Assembly: GCA_021299075.1 (NCBI GenBank)
Contig: JAJTFU010000024.1
Location: 1-37,494, forward strand
Direction of reading: 5' to 3'
Origin: Novosphingobium sp.
GTDB lineage: Bacteria > Pseudomonadota > Alphaproteobacteria > Sphingomonadales > Sphingomonadaceae
DNA: 37,494 nt
Shown piece after piece: positions 1 to 9,097 of this stretch (positions within the stretch are counted from its first letter, which is position 1; every line of letters starts with the position of its first letter). The notes beneath the pieces were generated by a model. The model was not told the DNA's origin. It saw nothing but the letters and a program-made list of their open reading frames with translations, and ran no database searches. A program made the position numbers and the translations under genes.

Positions 1-131
1 GCCACACGATCCAGCTCGACTTCGATCACTATGTCCGCGCGCTGAAGAAGGAGCTGGAGCGCGGCACCAAGCGGGCGGCGGCAGCGGGCAATGCCCTGCC
101 GGTCCGCAGCCGCCAGCCGGAGCTTGCCTGA
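1..131 (+). CDS. 3' end of upstream gene (partial), probably a flavin-containing monooxygenase
   Basis: Frame 3 reads HTIQLDFDHYVRALKKELERGTKRAAAAGNALPVRSRQPELA* with TGA at 129-131, 1 nt before the P450 ATG. The HTIQxDFDxY tail resembles bacterial FMO C-termini (recalled, not searched). Confidence 0.45.
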   Translation, partial: HTIQLDFDHYVRALKKELERGTKRAAAAGNALPVRSRQPELA

Positions 132-132
132 C

Positions 133-1350
133 ATGAGCACTCGCCCGATCAATCCCTATGACGTCAGCCAGGACGCGCTTTACGTCCATGACACCTGGCG
201 CGAACCCTTTGCCCAGCTGCGCCGCGAAATGCCGATCTCCTGGCGGCCGGAAAGTCCGTTCGGGGCCTACTGGTCGGTCGTGACGCATGACCTCGTGTCC
301 GAAACCGAGCTGCGCCACGATGTCTTTTCCAGCCGCTGGGACCTGGGCAACATCACCATTGCCGAGGCCGTGAACGGCGAGGGTTTTCCCAACTTCATCG
401 CCCAGGACCCGCCGATCCACACCGCCCAGCGCCGGGTGATCGCTCCGGCCTTTTCGCCCAGCCAGATGCAGAAGCTCGACGTGCAGGTGAAGGCCCGCAC
501 CAAGCAGTTGCTCGACGGCTTGCCGGTGGGCGAGACCTTTGACTGGGTCGAACGCGTCTCGATCCCGCAAACGCTGGGGATGCTGTGCATCCTGTTCGAC
601 ATGCCGTTCGATGAATGGCGCGATATCAAGCGCTGGTCGGACTGGGCGAGCGGCGTTTCGGCCGAGAACCTGTCGGAAGAATACCGCGCCCAGTTTCTGG
701 TCCAGATGGGCGAGATGCTGGCCCGCTTCGACCGTGAGCTGGAAGACCGCCGCGCCAAGCCGCCGACCGATGACCTGCTCAGCCGCATGGTCCATTCCGA
801 GGCCATGGGCCACATGGAGCCGATGGAGCGGATCGCCAATATCGCCCTGCTGATCGTCGGCGGGAACGACACGACCCGCAATTCGATGTCGGCGCTGGTC
901 GAGGCGTTCCACAAGTATCCGGAGGAGCTGGAACGGCTGCGCGCCGATGCATCGCTCGTGCCGAATGCGGCGCAGGAAATCATCCGCTGGCAAAGCCCGG
1001 TGACGCACATGCGCCGCACCGCGCTGGCGGACACGGAGCTTGGCGGGCAGACGATCCGCCAGGGTGAGAAAATCGTCATGTGGTACATCAGCGCCAACCG
1101 CGATGAGCGCGTCTTTGCCGATGCCGAGCGGTTTGACGTGGGGCGCGAGAATGCGCGGCGGCACCTGGGCTTTGGCCACGGCATCCACCGCTGCGTCGGC
1201 GCACGGCTGGCCGAAAGCCAGCTCGCCACGCTGATCGGGGAAATGGCCAGCCGCAACTGGCGGATCGTGCCGGAGGGCGAGGCGAGCCGCCTGCCCAGCC
1301 CGTTCCTCCACGGCTTCACGTCAATGCCGGTGCGGATCGAAGCTGCATGA
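133..1350 (+). CDS. Cytochrome P450, CYP153-like
   Basis: Heme motif HLGFGHGIHRCVG, I-helix LLIVGGNDTTRNS, ExxR (EIIR). Start placed at ATG 133 (MSTRPINP) just after the upstream stop. Confidence 0.92.
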   Translation: MSTRPINPYDVSQDALYVHDTWREPFAQLRREMPISWRPESPFGAYWSVVTHDLVSETELRHDVFSSRWDLGNITIAEAVNGEGFPNFIAQDPPIHTAQRRVIAPAFSPSQMQKLDVQVKARTKQLLDGLPVGETFDWVERVSIPQTLGMLCILFDMPFDEWRDIKRWSDWASGVSAENLSEEYRAQFLVQMGEMLARFDRELEDRRAKPPTDDLLSRMVHSEAMGHMEPMERIANIALLIVGGNDTTRNSMSALVEAFHKYPEELERLRADASLVPNAAQEIIRWQSPVTHMRRTALADTELGGQTIRQGEKIVMWYISANRDERVFADAERFDVGRENARRHLGFGHGIHRCVGARLAESQLATLIGEMASRNWRIVPEGEASRLPSPFLHGFTSMPVRIEAA

Positions 1351-2219
1351 CCGCCGCGTTCGAGACCATGCTGGTCGAGCAGGAGGGACCGATCCTGTGG
1401 GTCCGGCTCAACCGGCCCGAGGTCTTGAACGCCTATACCAGCCAGATGGGCGCCGAACTGGTCCGCGCGATCCGGCAGGCCGATGGGGATGACAGCATCA
1501 AGGTGCTGATCCTGACCGCAACGGGCCGGGTCTTCTGCGCCGGGGCCGACGTCTCGGCCGGGGCCGGGGCCTTCGATACCGAAAGCGGCGAAGGGGCCAA
1601 GAACTTCGGCAGCCGCGATGGCGCCCGCGCTGACAGCGATTTCACCTCGGCGATGATGGGCGCGCAGAAGCCGCTGCTGGTCGCCTTCAATGGCTCGGCG
1701 GCGGGTGTCGGCCTGACGTTGACGCTGCCCTGTGACATCCGCATCGCTGCCGATACGGCCAAATTCGGCTGCGTCTTCACCCGGCGGGGCCTCGTACCCG
1801 AAGCCGGCTCGGCCTGGTTCCTGCCGCAACTGGTGGGCCTCTCGACTGCGCTCAAGTGGTGCATGACCGGGGCGCTGGTCCCGGCGCAGGAGGCACTCGC
1901 GGCCGGCCTCGTGACCGAGCTGGTCCCGGCCGACCAGGTTGAGGCGCGCGCCCGCGAACTGGCGCTGGAGATTGCCGAAAACTGCTCGCCGGTCGCGCTG
2001 GCGATCACCCGGCAGATGCTGTGGAAGTTTGCCGGCGAGGATAGCCCCAAGGGCGCACTCTCGGTCGATGCCGCGCTCAATATCGCGCTCGGCGCCCGGG
2101 CCGACGTGCATGAGGGCGTCGCCGCCTTCCTGGAGAAGCGCAAGCCGCAGTTCCCGCTCAAGGTCTCGACCGACCTGCCGGATGTTCCGAATTGGCCGCC
2201 GGCGCGTCAGAAGCTGTAG
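1347..2219 (+). CDS. Enoyl-CoA hydratase/isomerase (crotonase) family protein
   Basis: LNRPEVLNA, FCAGAD, KPLLVAFNGSAAGVG, CDIRIA, GLVPEAG, EGVAAFLEKRKPQF. ATGA overlap with the P450 stop. Confidence 0.92.
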   Translation: MTAAFETMLVEQEGPILWVRLNRPEVLNAYTSQMGAELVRAIRQADGDDSIKVLILTATGRVFCAGADVSAGAGAFDTESGEGAKNFGSRDGARADSDFTSAMMGAQKPLLVAFNGSAAGVGLTLTLPCDIRIAADTAKFGCVFTRRGLVPEAGSAWFLPQLVGLSTALKWCMTGALVPAQEALAAGLVTELVPADQVEARARELALEIAENCSPVALAITRQMLWKFAGEDSPKGALSVDAALNIALGARADVHEGVAAFLEKRKPQFPLKVSTDLPDVPNWPPARQKL

Positions 2220-3043
2220 GACAGCCCGGCCACGGCAAAGGCCTGATTGGCGCTGCCCGCCTCGCGTACGACCGGGCTGTCAGCAAATTTGCCGAGCATC
2301 CGCTTGTAGCTGGCGATCGTGAACAGCCCCAGCCCCTTGCGCGGATCGCCGCCGAGATCGCGGGTATAGAGCAGGCTTGCGCTGGCGCTCTTCCAGCCGC
2401 CGCCATTGGTGCTATAGGGCGCCAGGACATTGCCGGGGCCGACATCGAAATAGGTCCGGGCAAAGCCCTTACCGACATAGTCAGCCGACACTCCCAACCG
2501 CGCAAAGGCACGTTGCGAAACTGGCGAGGACAATGCGACCGAGGGCGTCAGGGTGTAGCTGTCATGGGCGTTCGTTACATCGCGCAAGTAGGCCAATTCC
2601 ACAGACAGGCTGGCGGGTGGGATCAGCACCCCGCGAAAGCTAACGCCGACATTGGCGCCGACCTCGAACGCGGTCTTGCGCTGGCCCAGTTGCGCAACCC
2701 GGGGATCGTCGATCTCGTCGTTCCGTTCCAGCCGCAGCTGGACGACCGGACCAAGGATGAAACGGACCTTGCTGCCCGGCTTGTCCGGCACCAGGTCGGT
2801 ATAGAGGTTGAGCCCGCGCATCTGGAACTCGATGCCAGAGACGCGGCCCTGGACCACCCCGCCGGGCTGGAGGCGGTAATCATCGGAGCCTTCATAGTCC
2901 GGAGCGGCGCCCAGGCCGAAACCGATCGTCAGCTGGTCCCCGCTGCGGGCCGGAGGACTGCGCGGCGGCGCTTCCTGCGCAGCAACCGGACCGGCGAGGC
3001 CCAGCGCCAAAGTCACCGACACACAGAGGGCAGACTTGATCAA
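2207..3043 (-). CDS. MipA/OmpV family outer-membrane protein
   Basis: Signal peptide (..LALGLAGPVAAQ), PDYEGSDDY motif, ADSPVV motif, C-terminal YSF beta-signal. TTG start at 3043 with GGAG upstream. Confidence 0.85.
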   Translation of the reverse strand: MIKSALCVSVTLALGLAGPVAAQEAPPRSPPARSGDQLTIGFGLGAAPDYEGSDDYRLQPGGVVQGRVSGIEFQMRGLNLYTDLVPDKPGSKVRFILGPVVQLRLERNDEIDDPRVAQLGQRKTAFEVGANVGVSFRGVLIPPASLSVELAYLRDVTNAHDSYTLTPSVALSSPVSQRAFARLGVSADYVGKGFARTYFDVGPGNVLAPYSTNGGGWKSASASLLYTRDLGGDPRKGLGLFTIASYKRMLGKFADSPVVREAGSANQAFAVAGLSYSF

Positions 3044-3123
3044 GGCTTGCTCCGATCTCCCCCGTTGGCGCGGTATAGCCCGGGGGAAGCAGCGCGCAAC
3101 AGGACCAAAGCACGGGGGACCGC

Positions 3124-4110
3124 ATGACCTACACACTCTATGGCGCCTTGGGCTCGCCCTATTCGCAGAAGATCCGCGCGCTGCTGCGCTATCGGCGGCT
3201 GCCCTACATCTGGGTCGACGAAGCCGCGCGGCGGCAGGCGGCGCTGGGGGCGGTGAAGGCGCCGGTGATCCCGGTGCTGGAATATCCCGACGGCAGCTTC
3301 GCCAACGATTCCACCTCGCTGGTCTATGACCTCGAAGCGCGCCATGCCGAGCGCGGCGTCGTGCCGCCGGATGGGTCCCAAGCCTTCATCGCCCACTTGC
3401 TCGAAGACTTCGCCGACGAATGGCTGACCAAGGCGATGTTCGGCTATCGCTGGCTGGAGGAGGTCGACCAGGTGCAAATGAGCCGCTGGCTGGCCTTCGA
3501 TGCGGCCAAGGGCGGCGGGCTGGAGCAGAGCCAGAAATTCGCCGAAATGTTCCGCGCCCGCCAGGTCGGGCGGATGGCGCTGGTCGGCTGCACGGCGGAG
3601 AACTTTCCGCTGATCGAGGCTAGTACCCGCGCGGTCCTTGCCGCGCTGGAGGGCCATGTCGTAAACCGCTTCTGCCTGTTCGGCACGCGGCCGAGCCTCG
3701 CGGAGTTCAGCATCTTCGGCCAGCTCTCGCAGCTCGGCACCGATCCCACCCCGCAGGCGATGATGCGCGCCGACTATCCCTATACCTACCGCTGGCTGGC
3801 CCACATCGATGACATGAGCGGGCTGGAGGGCGAATGGGAGCCCGGCTTTGCCCCGGTGGTGGTCGAATTGGTGCGGATTTCGGCAGCGGTCTATGCGCCG
3901 TTCCTCGCCGCCAACGAAGCTGCGGCGGCGGCAGGGGCCGAGACCTTCCGGATGGAGGCGATGGGCCTGCCTTACGAACAGGGTGTCTTCAAGTACCAGC
4001 TCAAGTGCCTGGCCGACCTGCGCAACCGTTATGCCGCGCTGGATGCCGGCGCGCGCGGCGCGGTCGATCCGCTGCTGGGCGAAGGCTGGCTGGCGCTGCT
4101 GCGGGGCTGA
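3124..4110 (+). CDS. Glutathione S-transferase family protein (long form)
   Basis: N-terminal GSPYSQKIRALLRY, IPVL...DST thioredoxin-fold motif, EDFADEWL, FGTRPSLAEF. Confidence 0.8.
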   Translation: MTYTLYGALGSPYSQKIRALLRYRRLPYIWVDEAARRQAALGAVKAPVIPVLEYPDGSFANDSTSLVYDLEARHAERGVVPPDGSQAFIAHLLEDFADEWLTKAMFGYRWLEEVDQVQMSRWLAFDAAKGGGLEQSQKFAEMFRARQVGRMALVGCTAENFPLIEASTRAVLAALEGHVVNRFCLFGTRPSLAEFSIFGQLSQLGTDPTPQAMMRADYPYTYRWLAHIDDMSGLEGEWEPGFAPVVVELVRISAAVYAPFLAANEAAAAAGAETFRMEAMGLPYEQGVFKYQLKCLADLRNRYAALDAGARGAVDPLLGEGWLALLRG

Positions 4111-4135
4111 ATCCGCCGCAGCGCCAGCGCAGCAA

Positions 4136-5959
4136 TCAGCCCTTCTTCGTCGTCTTGATCCAGGTACGGATCTTGGCTTCGAGCACCGGCATCGGCAGGG
4201 CGCCGGTGTTCAGCACCTGGTCGTGGAAGGCGCGGATGTCGAACTTCTTGCCCAGCGCCGCCTCGGCCTCGCGGCGCAGCGCCTGGATCTTCAGCGCGCC
4301 AACCTTGTAAGCCAGGGCCTGGCTGGGGATGGCGATATAGCGCTCAACCTCGGCCGTGGCGTCGGTCTTGCCCATGGCCGAGTTGGCCAGCATGTATTCG
4401 ATCGCCTGATCGCGGGTCCAGCCCTTGGCGTGGATGCCGGTATCGACGACCAGCCGCATGGCGCGCAGCATCTCGTCATCCAGCGTGCCCTGGCGCGAAT
4501 AGGGATCCTTGTAGAAGCCCATGTCATAGCCCAGCGTCTCGGCATAAAGCGCCCAGCCCTCGACATAGGCGGTGTTGCCGCCGAAGCGCATGAACGCGGG
4601 AAGCTTGTCGTTTTCCTGCGCCAGGCTGATCTGGAAGTGGTGCCCTGGCGCACCCTCATGCAGGTACAGCGTCACTTCGCCCGGGGTAGTCCGGCTCGGC
4701 AGGTCATAGGCGTTGAAATAGAAGGTGCCGGGGCGCTTTCCGTCCGGCGTGCCCTGCTGGTAGGAACCGCCGGCTTCGAACTTTTCGCGGAATTCCTCGT
4801 AGGGCCGGATCTGCAGCGGGGTCTTGGGCAGGACCGCGAAGTACTCGCCGATCTTGGCATCGACCATCTTGCCGATGTCGTAATAGCGCTGGGTGATCTC
4901 CTCACGGCTCTTGCGCTTGAACTGCGGATCGGTGCGGATGAAGTTGAAGAACTCGGGCAGCGTGCCCTTGAAGCCGACCTCAGTCTTGATCTGCTCCATG
5001 CCGTCGCGGATGCGCTTGACCTCGCTGAGACCGAGCTGATGCAGCTCCTCGGCGGTATAGGGCAGGGTGGTCGAACCTTCGATCAGCAGCGCGTAAAGCT
5101 TGTCGCCGCCCTTCATCTGGCTGAGACCGACGCTGTCGCGGGCCGAGGCGAGGTAGCTGCCCTTGAGGTAATCGAGCAGCCGCTGGTTGGCGGCATAGAC
5201 CTCACCGGTTACGCGGCGGTAATCGGTGGTCAGCCGGGCCTTGTCGGCCTCGGAGAAGTCGGCCGGCATGGCCTTGATTGGCGCCCAATAGGGGCTTTCT
5301 TCCATCGGCTGCTTGAGCTGGGTTTCCAGCTGCTCGATCACGTTGCGGATCGTCAGCTTGGTCTCAACCACGCCAGACTTCTGGCCTTCCTGGAACTTGG
5401 CGATGCCGCGGTCGATCAGCTTCACATAGTCGGCGTGACGCTTCAGGTTGTTCTCATAGTCGGTGACGGTCTTGAACGGGATCCCGGTCTTGCCGCTGGC
5501 CAGCGTCGGGTAGAAGGTGTGAAAGCCGAAGAAGTGGTTGATCGGGCGGACTTCGGTCAGTGCCAGGATCTCCGGGGTCAGCCGCTTCAGCCCCTGGACA
5601 TTGCTTTCCTTGAAGACGCCGTAAGCGATCTGGTCGGTGGGCGAGAGCTTGCTGCGGTCGATCTTTGCCAGTTCGGCCAGTTCGCTGATCGCGGCCTGGC
5701 GTTCGGCCTCGTTGTATTCGGGCGTCAGAAAATCACCGAGCCGGTCGGCATAGCGAGTATCGCCGCGGAACAGCGCCGAGATCGGATTGCGCTTGAGGCT
5801 GTCCTCGTCCGACTTGGCGAAGAGGGCGAAGAGCTTGTCGTGCTCGGTCTGGGCGGCACTTGCGGCAGCCGGGGCGGCGGACTGGGCCAATGCCGAGGTG
5901 CCGGCAAGGGAAGCGGTAAGCAAGGCCGTGGCAAGCAGGGCGGAACGCAGGGTTTTCAT
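4136..5959 (-). CDS. DUF885 family secreted protein (putative metallopeptidase)
   Basis: Signal peptide MKTLRSALLATALL..ALAQ; HEGAPGHHFQ, EGWALYAE, RAMRLVVDTGIH, EVERY..PSQALAY. Confidence 0.9.
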   Translation of the reverse strand: MKTLRSALLATALLTASLAGTSALAQSAAPAAASAAQTEHDKLFALFAKSDEDSLKRNPISALFRGDTRYADRLGDFLTPEYNEAERQAAISELAELAKIDRSKLSPTDQIAYGVFKESNVQGLKRLTPEILALTEVRPINHFFGFHTFYPTLASGKTGIPFKTVTDYENNLKRHADYVKLIDRGIAKFQEGQKSGVVETKLTIRNVIEQLETQLKQPMEESPYWAPIKAMPADFSEADKARLTTDYRRVTGEVYAANQRLLDYLKGSYLASARDSVGLSQMKGGDKLYALLIEGSTTLPYTAEELHQLGLSEVKRIRDGMEQIKTEVGFKGTLPEFFNFIRTDPQFKRKSREEITQRYYDIGKMVDAKIGEYFAVLPKTPLQIRPYEEFREKFEAGGSYQQGTPDGKRPGTFYFNAYDLPSRTTPGEVTLYLHEGAPGHHFQISLAQENDKLPAFMRFGGNTAYVEGWALYAETLGYDMGFYKDPYSRQGTLDDEMLRAMRLVVDTGIHAKGWTRDQAIEYMLANSAMGKTDATAEVERYIAIPSQALAYKVGALKIQALRREAEAALGKKFDIRAFHDQVLNTGALPMPVLEAKIRTWIKTTKKG

Positions 5960-5988
5960 CAAGGCATCCTTTGGCGGAAGGTAATTGG

Positions 5989-6008
5989 TGTATTGCATCA
6001 CTAATACA
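5989..6008. promoter_or_regulatory. Palindromic operator, GntR/YtrA-like
   Basis: TGTATT-gcatcact-AATACA perfect 6-bp inverted repeat, AT-rich in a GC-rich background, about 30 bp upstream of the DUF885 start. Confidence 0.5.
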
Positions 6009-6072
6009 GATTCTCGCCGCAGACAAGCGGCAGCGCTGGCAGCGGCTTAGGCTGCCGCGTCGCAGCGCGTGG

Positions 6073-6267
6073 TCAGGCTTCGATCAACGGCCTGACCAGT
6101 TCGACAGACGGCTCGGGGCGCCACCTGCCCGCGCGCCATGATCCGGCGCGAGGACTTTGCACGCTGTCCCATCGCGCCCTCAAGCTGGCGTTCAGGTGGG
6201 TGGCCTTAAAGGCAGACTGGCAAGCTGCCCTGCCAGCAAGGAACCTGCGGATCACATCCGGGTTCAT
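6073..6267 (-). CDS. Possible small hypothetical protein (64 aa)
   Basis: ORF MNPDVIRRFLAGRAACQSAFKATHLNASLRARW...LIEA* fills an otherwise empty 400-bp gap. No recognised domain. Confidence 0.3.
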   Translation of the reverse strand: MNPDVIRRFLAGRAACQSAFKATHLNASLRARWDSVQSPRAGSWRAGRWRPEPSVELVRPLIEA

Positions 6268-6358
6268 CTTGATGCGGCGCAGCGATCGGGGCAATTAGTC
6301 CACGGCTTGGAAGGTTTACCGCTGCGGGATGGGGCAGCGCCTGCAACGGAGTGAAATG

Positions 6359-7786
6359 ATGGTTGGGCATGGCTGGGCACTTTGGCGGACGGCGCGCAGC
6401 GCCTCTGGCATGGCGCTGGCACTCGCGGCCGGGGCGGCAATCGCCCAGGCCAATCGCGCACCCGAAAATATCCTGCCGGCCCCGAAGCCGACTGCACCGG
6501 CAACCCCGGTGCCGCCCGCCAATCAGCAGCCTGCGCCGACCAGCCAGCAGCCCGTTGCCACGCCGCCGGTCACGCAGGCTCCGGCCGCGCCGGTGGCCGA
6601 ACCCGAACTGCCGGTGCTGGAGCCGGTGCTTGCTTGGCAAGTCGCCGAGGCCCAGGCGCTGGCCAAGGTGATCGAGGGGATCGGCGAGCACGGTCTGATC
6701 CCGGCCGATTACCAGCTGATCGACCTGCGCGCCGCGATCCTCGCCGGGCCGGGCGCGGCGCTTGATGCCCAGGCCAGCCGGTCTTTCGCCTGGCTGATCG
6801 AGGACATGCGCGATGGCCGCACGCGCTATGATTCGCGCCACCAGTGGTTCGTGGTTGACCCCGATGTCGAGCAGCGCCCGACCGCGACCGTGATGGCCGA
6901 GGCGCTGGCCAGCAAGGATATCGCCGGTGCCATCGCCAGCCTCGCTCCGACCCATCCGGACTATGCCAAGCTCAAGGATGCGCTTGCCAAGGCGCCGGAC
7001 AAGGCCACCCGTTCGCTGATCCAGGTCAACCTCGATCGCTGGCGCTGGCTGCCGCGCGATCTCGGCAAGTTCTACCTGCTGACCAACGTGCCCGAATTCC
7101 AGCTGCGGCTGACGGTCGATAACGAGATCATCAGGTCCTACCGCACGATCGTCGGCAAACCGGGCCGCACGGCCACGCCGCAGCTCGCCGAAGTGGTGGA
7201 GGGCGTGGTCTTCAACCCGACCTGGACTGTTCCGCAGTCAATCGTGAAGGGTGAGGGCCTCGGCGCGCAGCTGCTGGCCAACCCGGCCCGCGCCAAGCGC
7301 GAGAACTACAAGGTGACCAAGGCCAAGGACGGCATGATCTACGTCGTCCAGCAGCCGGGGCCGAACAATGCCCTGGGCTTGATGAAGCTCGACATGCCGA
7401 ACGAGCATGCGATCTTCCTGCACGATACCCCCAACCGCAATCTGTTCAACCTCGCCCAGCGCGCGCTCAGCCACGGCTGCGTGCGGACCGAGCGGGCAAC
7501 CGAACTGGCGATCACCATGGCGATCCTTGGTGCGGGCGTGACGCCGGATGATGCGGTGGGAATCGTCACCTCGGGCAAGTACACGCGTGTTGCGATGACG
7601 CGGACTTTCCCGGTCTACCTGACCTATTTCACCATGGCGTCGGACATCACGGGCAAGATGGGCACCTTCAAGGACCTCTATGGCCGCGACGCCCCCGTCC
7701 TCGCCAGCTTCGCCGCCCCGCGCGCCGCCTGGGACGGCAAGCGCAAGTCGACCGAGAAGGTGATCAAGCTGGATAATCCGCTTTAG
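6359..7786 (+). CDS. L,D-transpeptidase family protein (YcbB/LdtD-like)
   Basis: NLDRWRWLP, NVPEF, VGKP..TP, NPTWTVP, QQPGPNNALG, HDTP, catalytic SHGCVR. Start uncertain (6329/6356/6359); GGAG lies 7 nt before 6359. Confidence 0.88.
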   Translation: MVGHGWALWRTARSASGMALALAAGAAIAQANRAPENILPAPKPTAPATPVPPANQQPAPTSQQPVATPPVTQAPAAPVAEPELPVLEPVLAWQVAEAQALAKVIEGIGEHGLIPADYQLIDLRAAILAGPGAALDAQASRSFAWLIEDMRDGRTRYDSRHQWFVVDPDVEQRPTATVMAEALASKDIAGAIASLAPTHPDYAKLKDALAKAPDKATRSLIQVNLDRWRWLPRDLGKFYLLTNVPEFQLRLTVDNEIIRSYRTIVGKPGRTATPQLAEVVEGVVFNPTWTVPQSIVKGEGLGAQLLANPARAKRENYKVTKAKDGMIYVVQQPGPNNALGLMKLDMPNEHAIFLHDTPNRNLFNLAQRALSHGCVRTERATELAITMAILGAGVTPDDAVGIVTSGKYTRVAMTRTFPVYLTYFTMASDITGKMGTFKDLYGRDAPVLASFAAPRAAWDGKRKSTEKVIKLDNPL

Positions 7787-7860
7787 TTGGGTGCGCCCTT
7801 CGCATCCGCGAAGGGCCGGTGCTGCAAGTGAGGCCCGGATGGGCCGAACGCACTTAACTA
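7784..7860. repeat. Branched palindromic intergenic element / bidirectional terminator candidate
   Basis: Outer stem TAGTTGGGTGCG (7784-7795) pairs with CGCACTTAACTA (7849-7860, two G-U). Inner hairpins GCCCTTCGC-atcc-GCGAAGGGC (7795-7816) and GGCCC-ggat-GGGCC (7832-7845). Confidence 0.55.
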
Positions 7861-7863
7861 GCC

Positions 7864-8544
7864 TCAGACCTCAATCCGGTCCGCGTAGAGCAGGCGGCCG
7901 CCCGAGAGGTTCCACAGCGCTTCATTGAAGTGCGCGGGCGACATGGCGAAGCAGCCTTCGCTACGGCCCAGGCGGCCGAAGCGGGTGATGTAATCCTCGC
8001 GCGCGTAGTCGGCCGGGTGCATCACGATCGCGCGGTCGAGCGCGTTCGAATTGTCCGGATCCAGCCCTTCGAGGCGCACCGAGGTGCCGTACTTTCCCTT
8101 GTACCATTCGCAGGTCAGGTAGGCCCCGCGCGAGGTCGCTTCCGAGCCGGGGACGTTCGAGAAGGCCTGGAGGAACCCGCTGTGCGCCGGGTCCGAGCCG
8201 CGGCCATGGCTGACGTGGAACGACTTGATCGTGCCCGCTTCCAGGTTGACGAAGTGGAACCGCGGCAGGGTGCTGGGCCGGGCGAAATCGGCGATGCCGA
8301 CAATGTCATGCCGCCAGACGACATTGCCAGCCCGCTGCAGCTCGCGCCGGGCGATTTCCAGCAGCCTGGCGTCATAGGCCGGGTTCGGCTCGGCCATGAC
8401 CGGCAGTGCCGGCGGCGTGGCCGCAGGCGGCACGCCAAAAGCCTCTTCAAAGGCGCGCGCCAGGTTGCGGGCATGGGCAGTGCCCGGCACGGTCAATGCC
8501 GCACCGGCGGCCAGTCCGCCCAGCAAGATGTCACGCCTGTTCAT
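7864..8544 (-). CDS. Tat-exported murein L,D-transpeptidase catalytic-domain protein (YkuD_2-like)
   Basis: Twin-arginine leader MNRRDILLGGLAAG..AHA; VSHGRGSD, FSNVPGS, RAIVMH, GRSEGCFA. Alternative start at 8556. Confidence 0.85.
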   Translation of the reverse strand: MNRRDILLGGLAAGAALTVPGTAHARNLARAFEEAFGVPPAATPPALPVMAEPNPAYDARLLEIARRELQRAGNVVWRHDIVGIADFARPSTLPRFHFVNLEAGTIKSFHVSHGRGSDPAHSGFLQAFSNVPGSEATSRGAYLTCEWYKGKYGTSVRLEGLDPDNSNALDRAIVMHPADYAREDYITRFGRLGRSEGCFAMSPAHFNEALWNLSGGRLLYADRIEV

Positions 8545-8599
8545 GGCCCCGCTCATATCACCCTGTGGATAACCGACGGCTTAACAGCGTTTCAAGCCC

Positions 8600-9097
8600 C
8601 TAAACGGCAGAAACGCGCGCTGCTGCGCCAAGTTGTTGTAAAGCGTCGCCGTCGACCCGCATCACGGTCCATTCGTCCATCAGCCGCGCACCGAGTTTCT
8701 TGTAGAACCCGATCGCCGGCTCGTTCCAATCCAGGACCGACCATTCGAGTCGCGCGCAGTCGCGCTCCACCGCCAGCATGGCAAGGTGCGAGAGCAAGGC
8801 CTTGCCCAGGCCGCTCCCACGCGCATCGGGCCGTACGAACAGATCTTCCAGGTAGATCCCCGGCTTGCCTTCGAAGGTCGAGAAGTTGTGAAAGAACAGC
8901 GCAAAGCCTTGCGCCGCGCCGTCCAGTTCACCGATCACGACCTCGGCATAGGGGCGGGCCCCGAACAGCTTTTCGCCCATTACCGCCTCGTCGAAGCGAA
9001 CTTCGTGGGCGAGCTGCTCATAGTCGGCAAGGTCGCGGATCAGCTGGGCGATCAGCGGCAGGTCGGCGGGCGTGGCAGGGCGAATCGAAATGGTCAT
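8600..9097 (-). CDS. GNAT N-acetyltransferase (diamine acetyltransferase-like)
   Basis: IRPAT, LADYE, FSTFEGKPGIYLEDLFV..RGSGLG, WSVLDWNEPAIGFY. Confidence 0.88.
   Translation of the reverse strand: MTISIRPATPADLPLIAQLIRDLADYEQLAHEVRFDEAVMGEKLFGARPYAEVVIGELDGAAQGFALFFHNFSTFEGKPGIYLEDLFVRPDARGSGLGKALLSHLAMLAVERDCARLEWSVLDWNEPAIGFYKKLGARLMDEWTVMRVDGDALQQLGAAARVSAV

Noticed and set aside
2207-2219. 13-bp 3' overlap of the convergent crotonase and mipA genes
   Set aside because: Common in compact GC-rich genomes; no sign of special function.
6470-6620. Pro/Ala/Gln-rich quasi-repeats in the L,D-transpeptidase N-terminus
   Set aside because: Ordinary flexible linker with no exact tandem DNA repeat.
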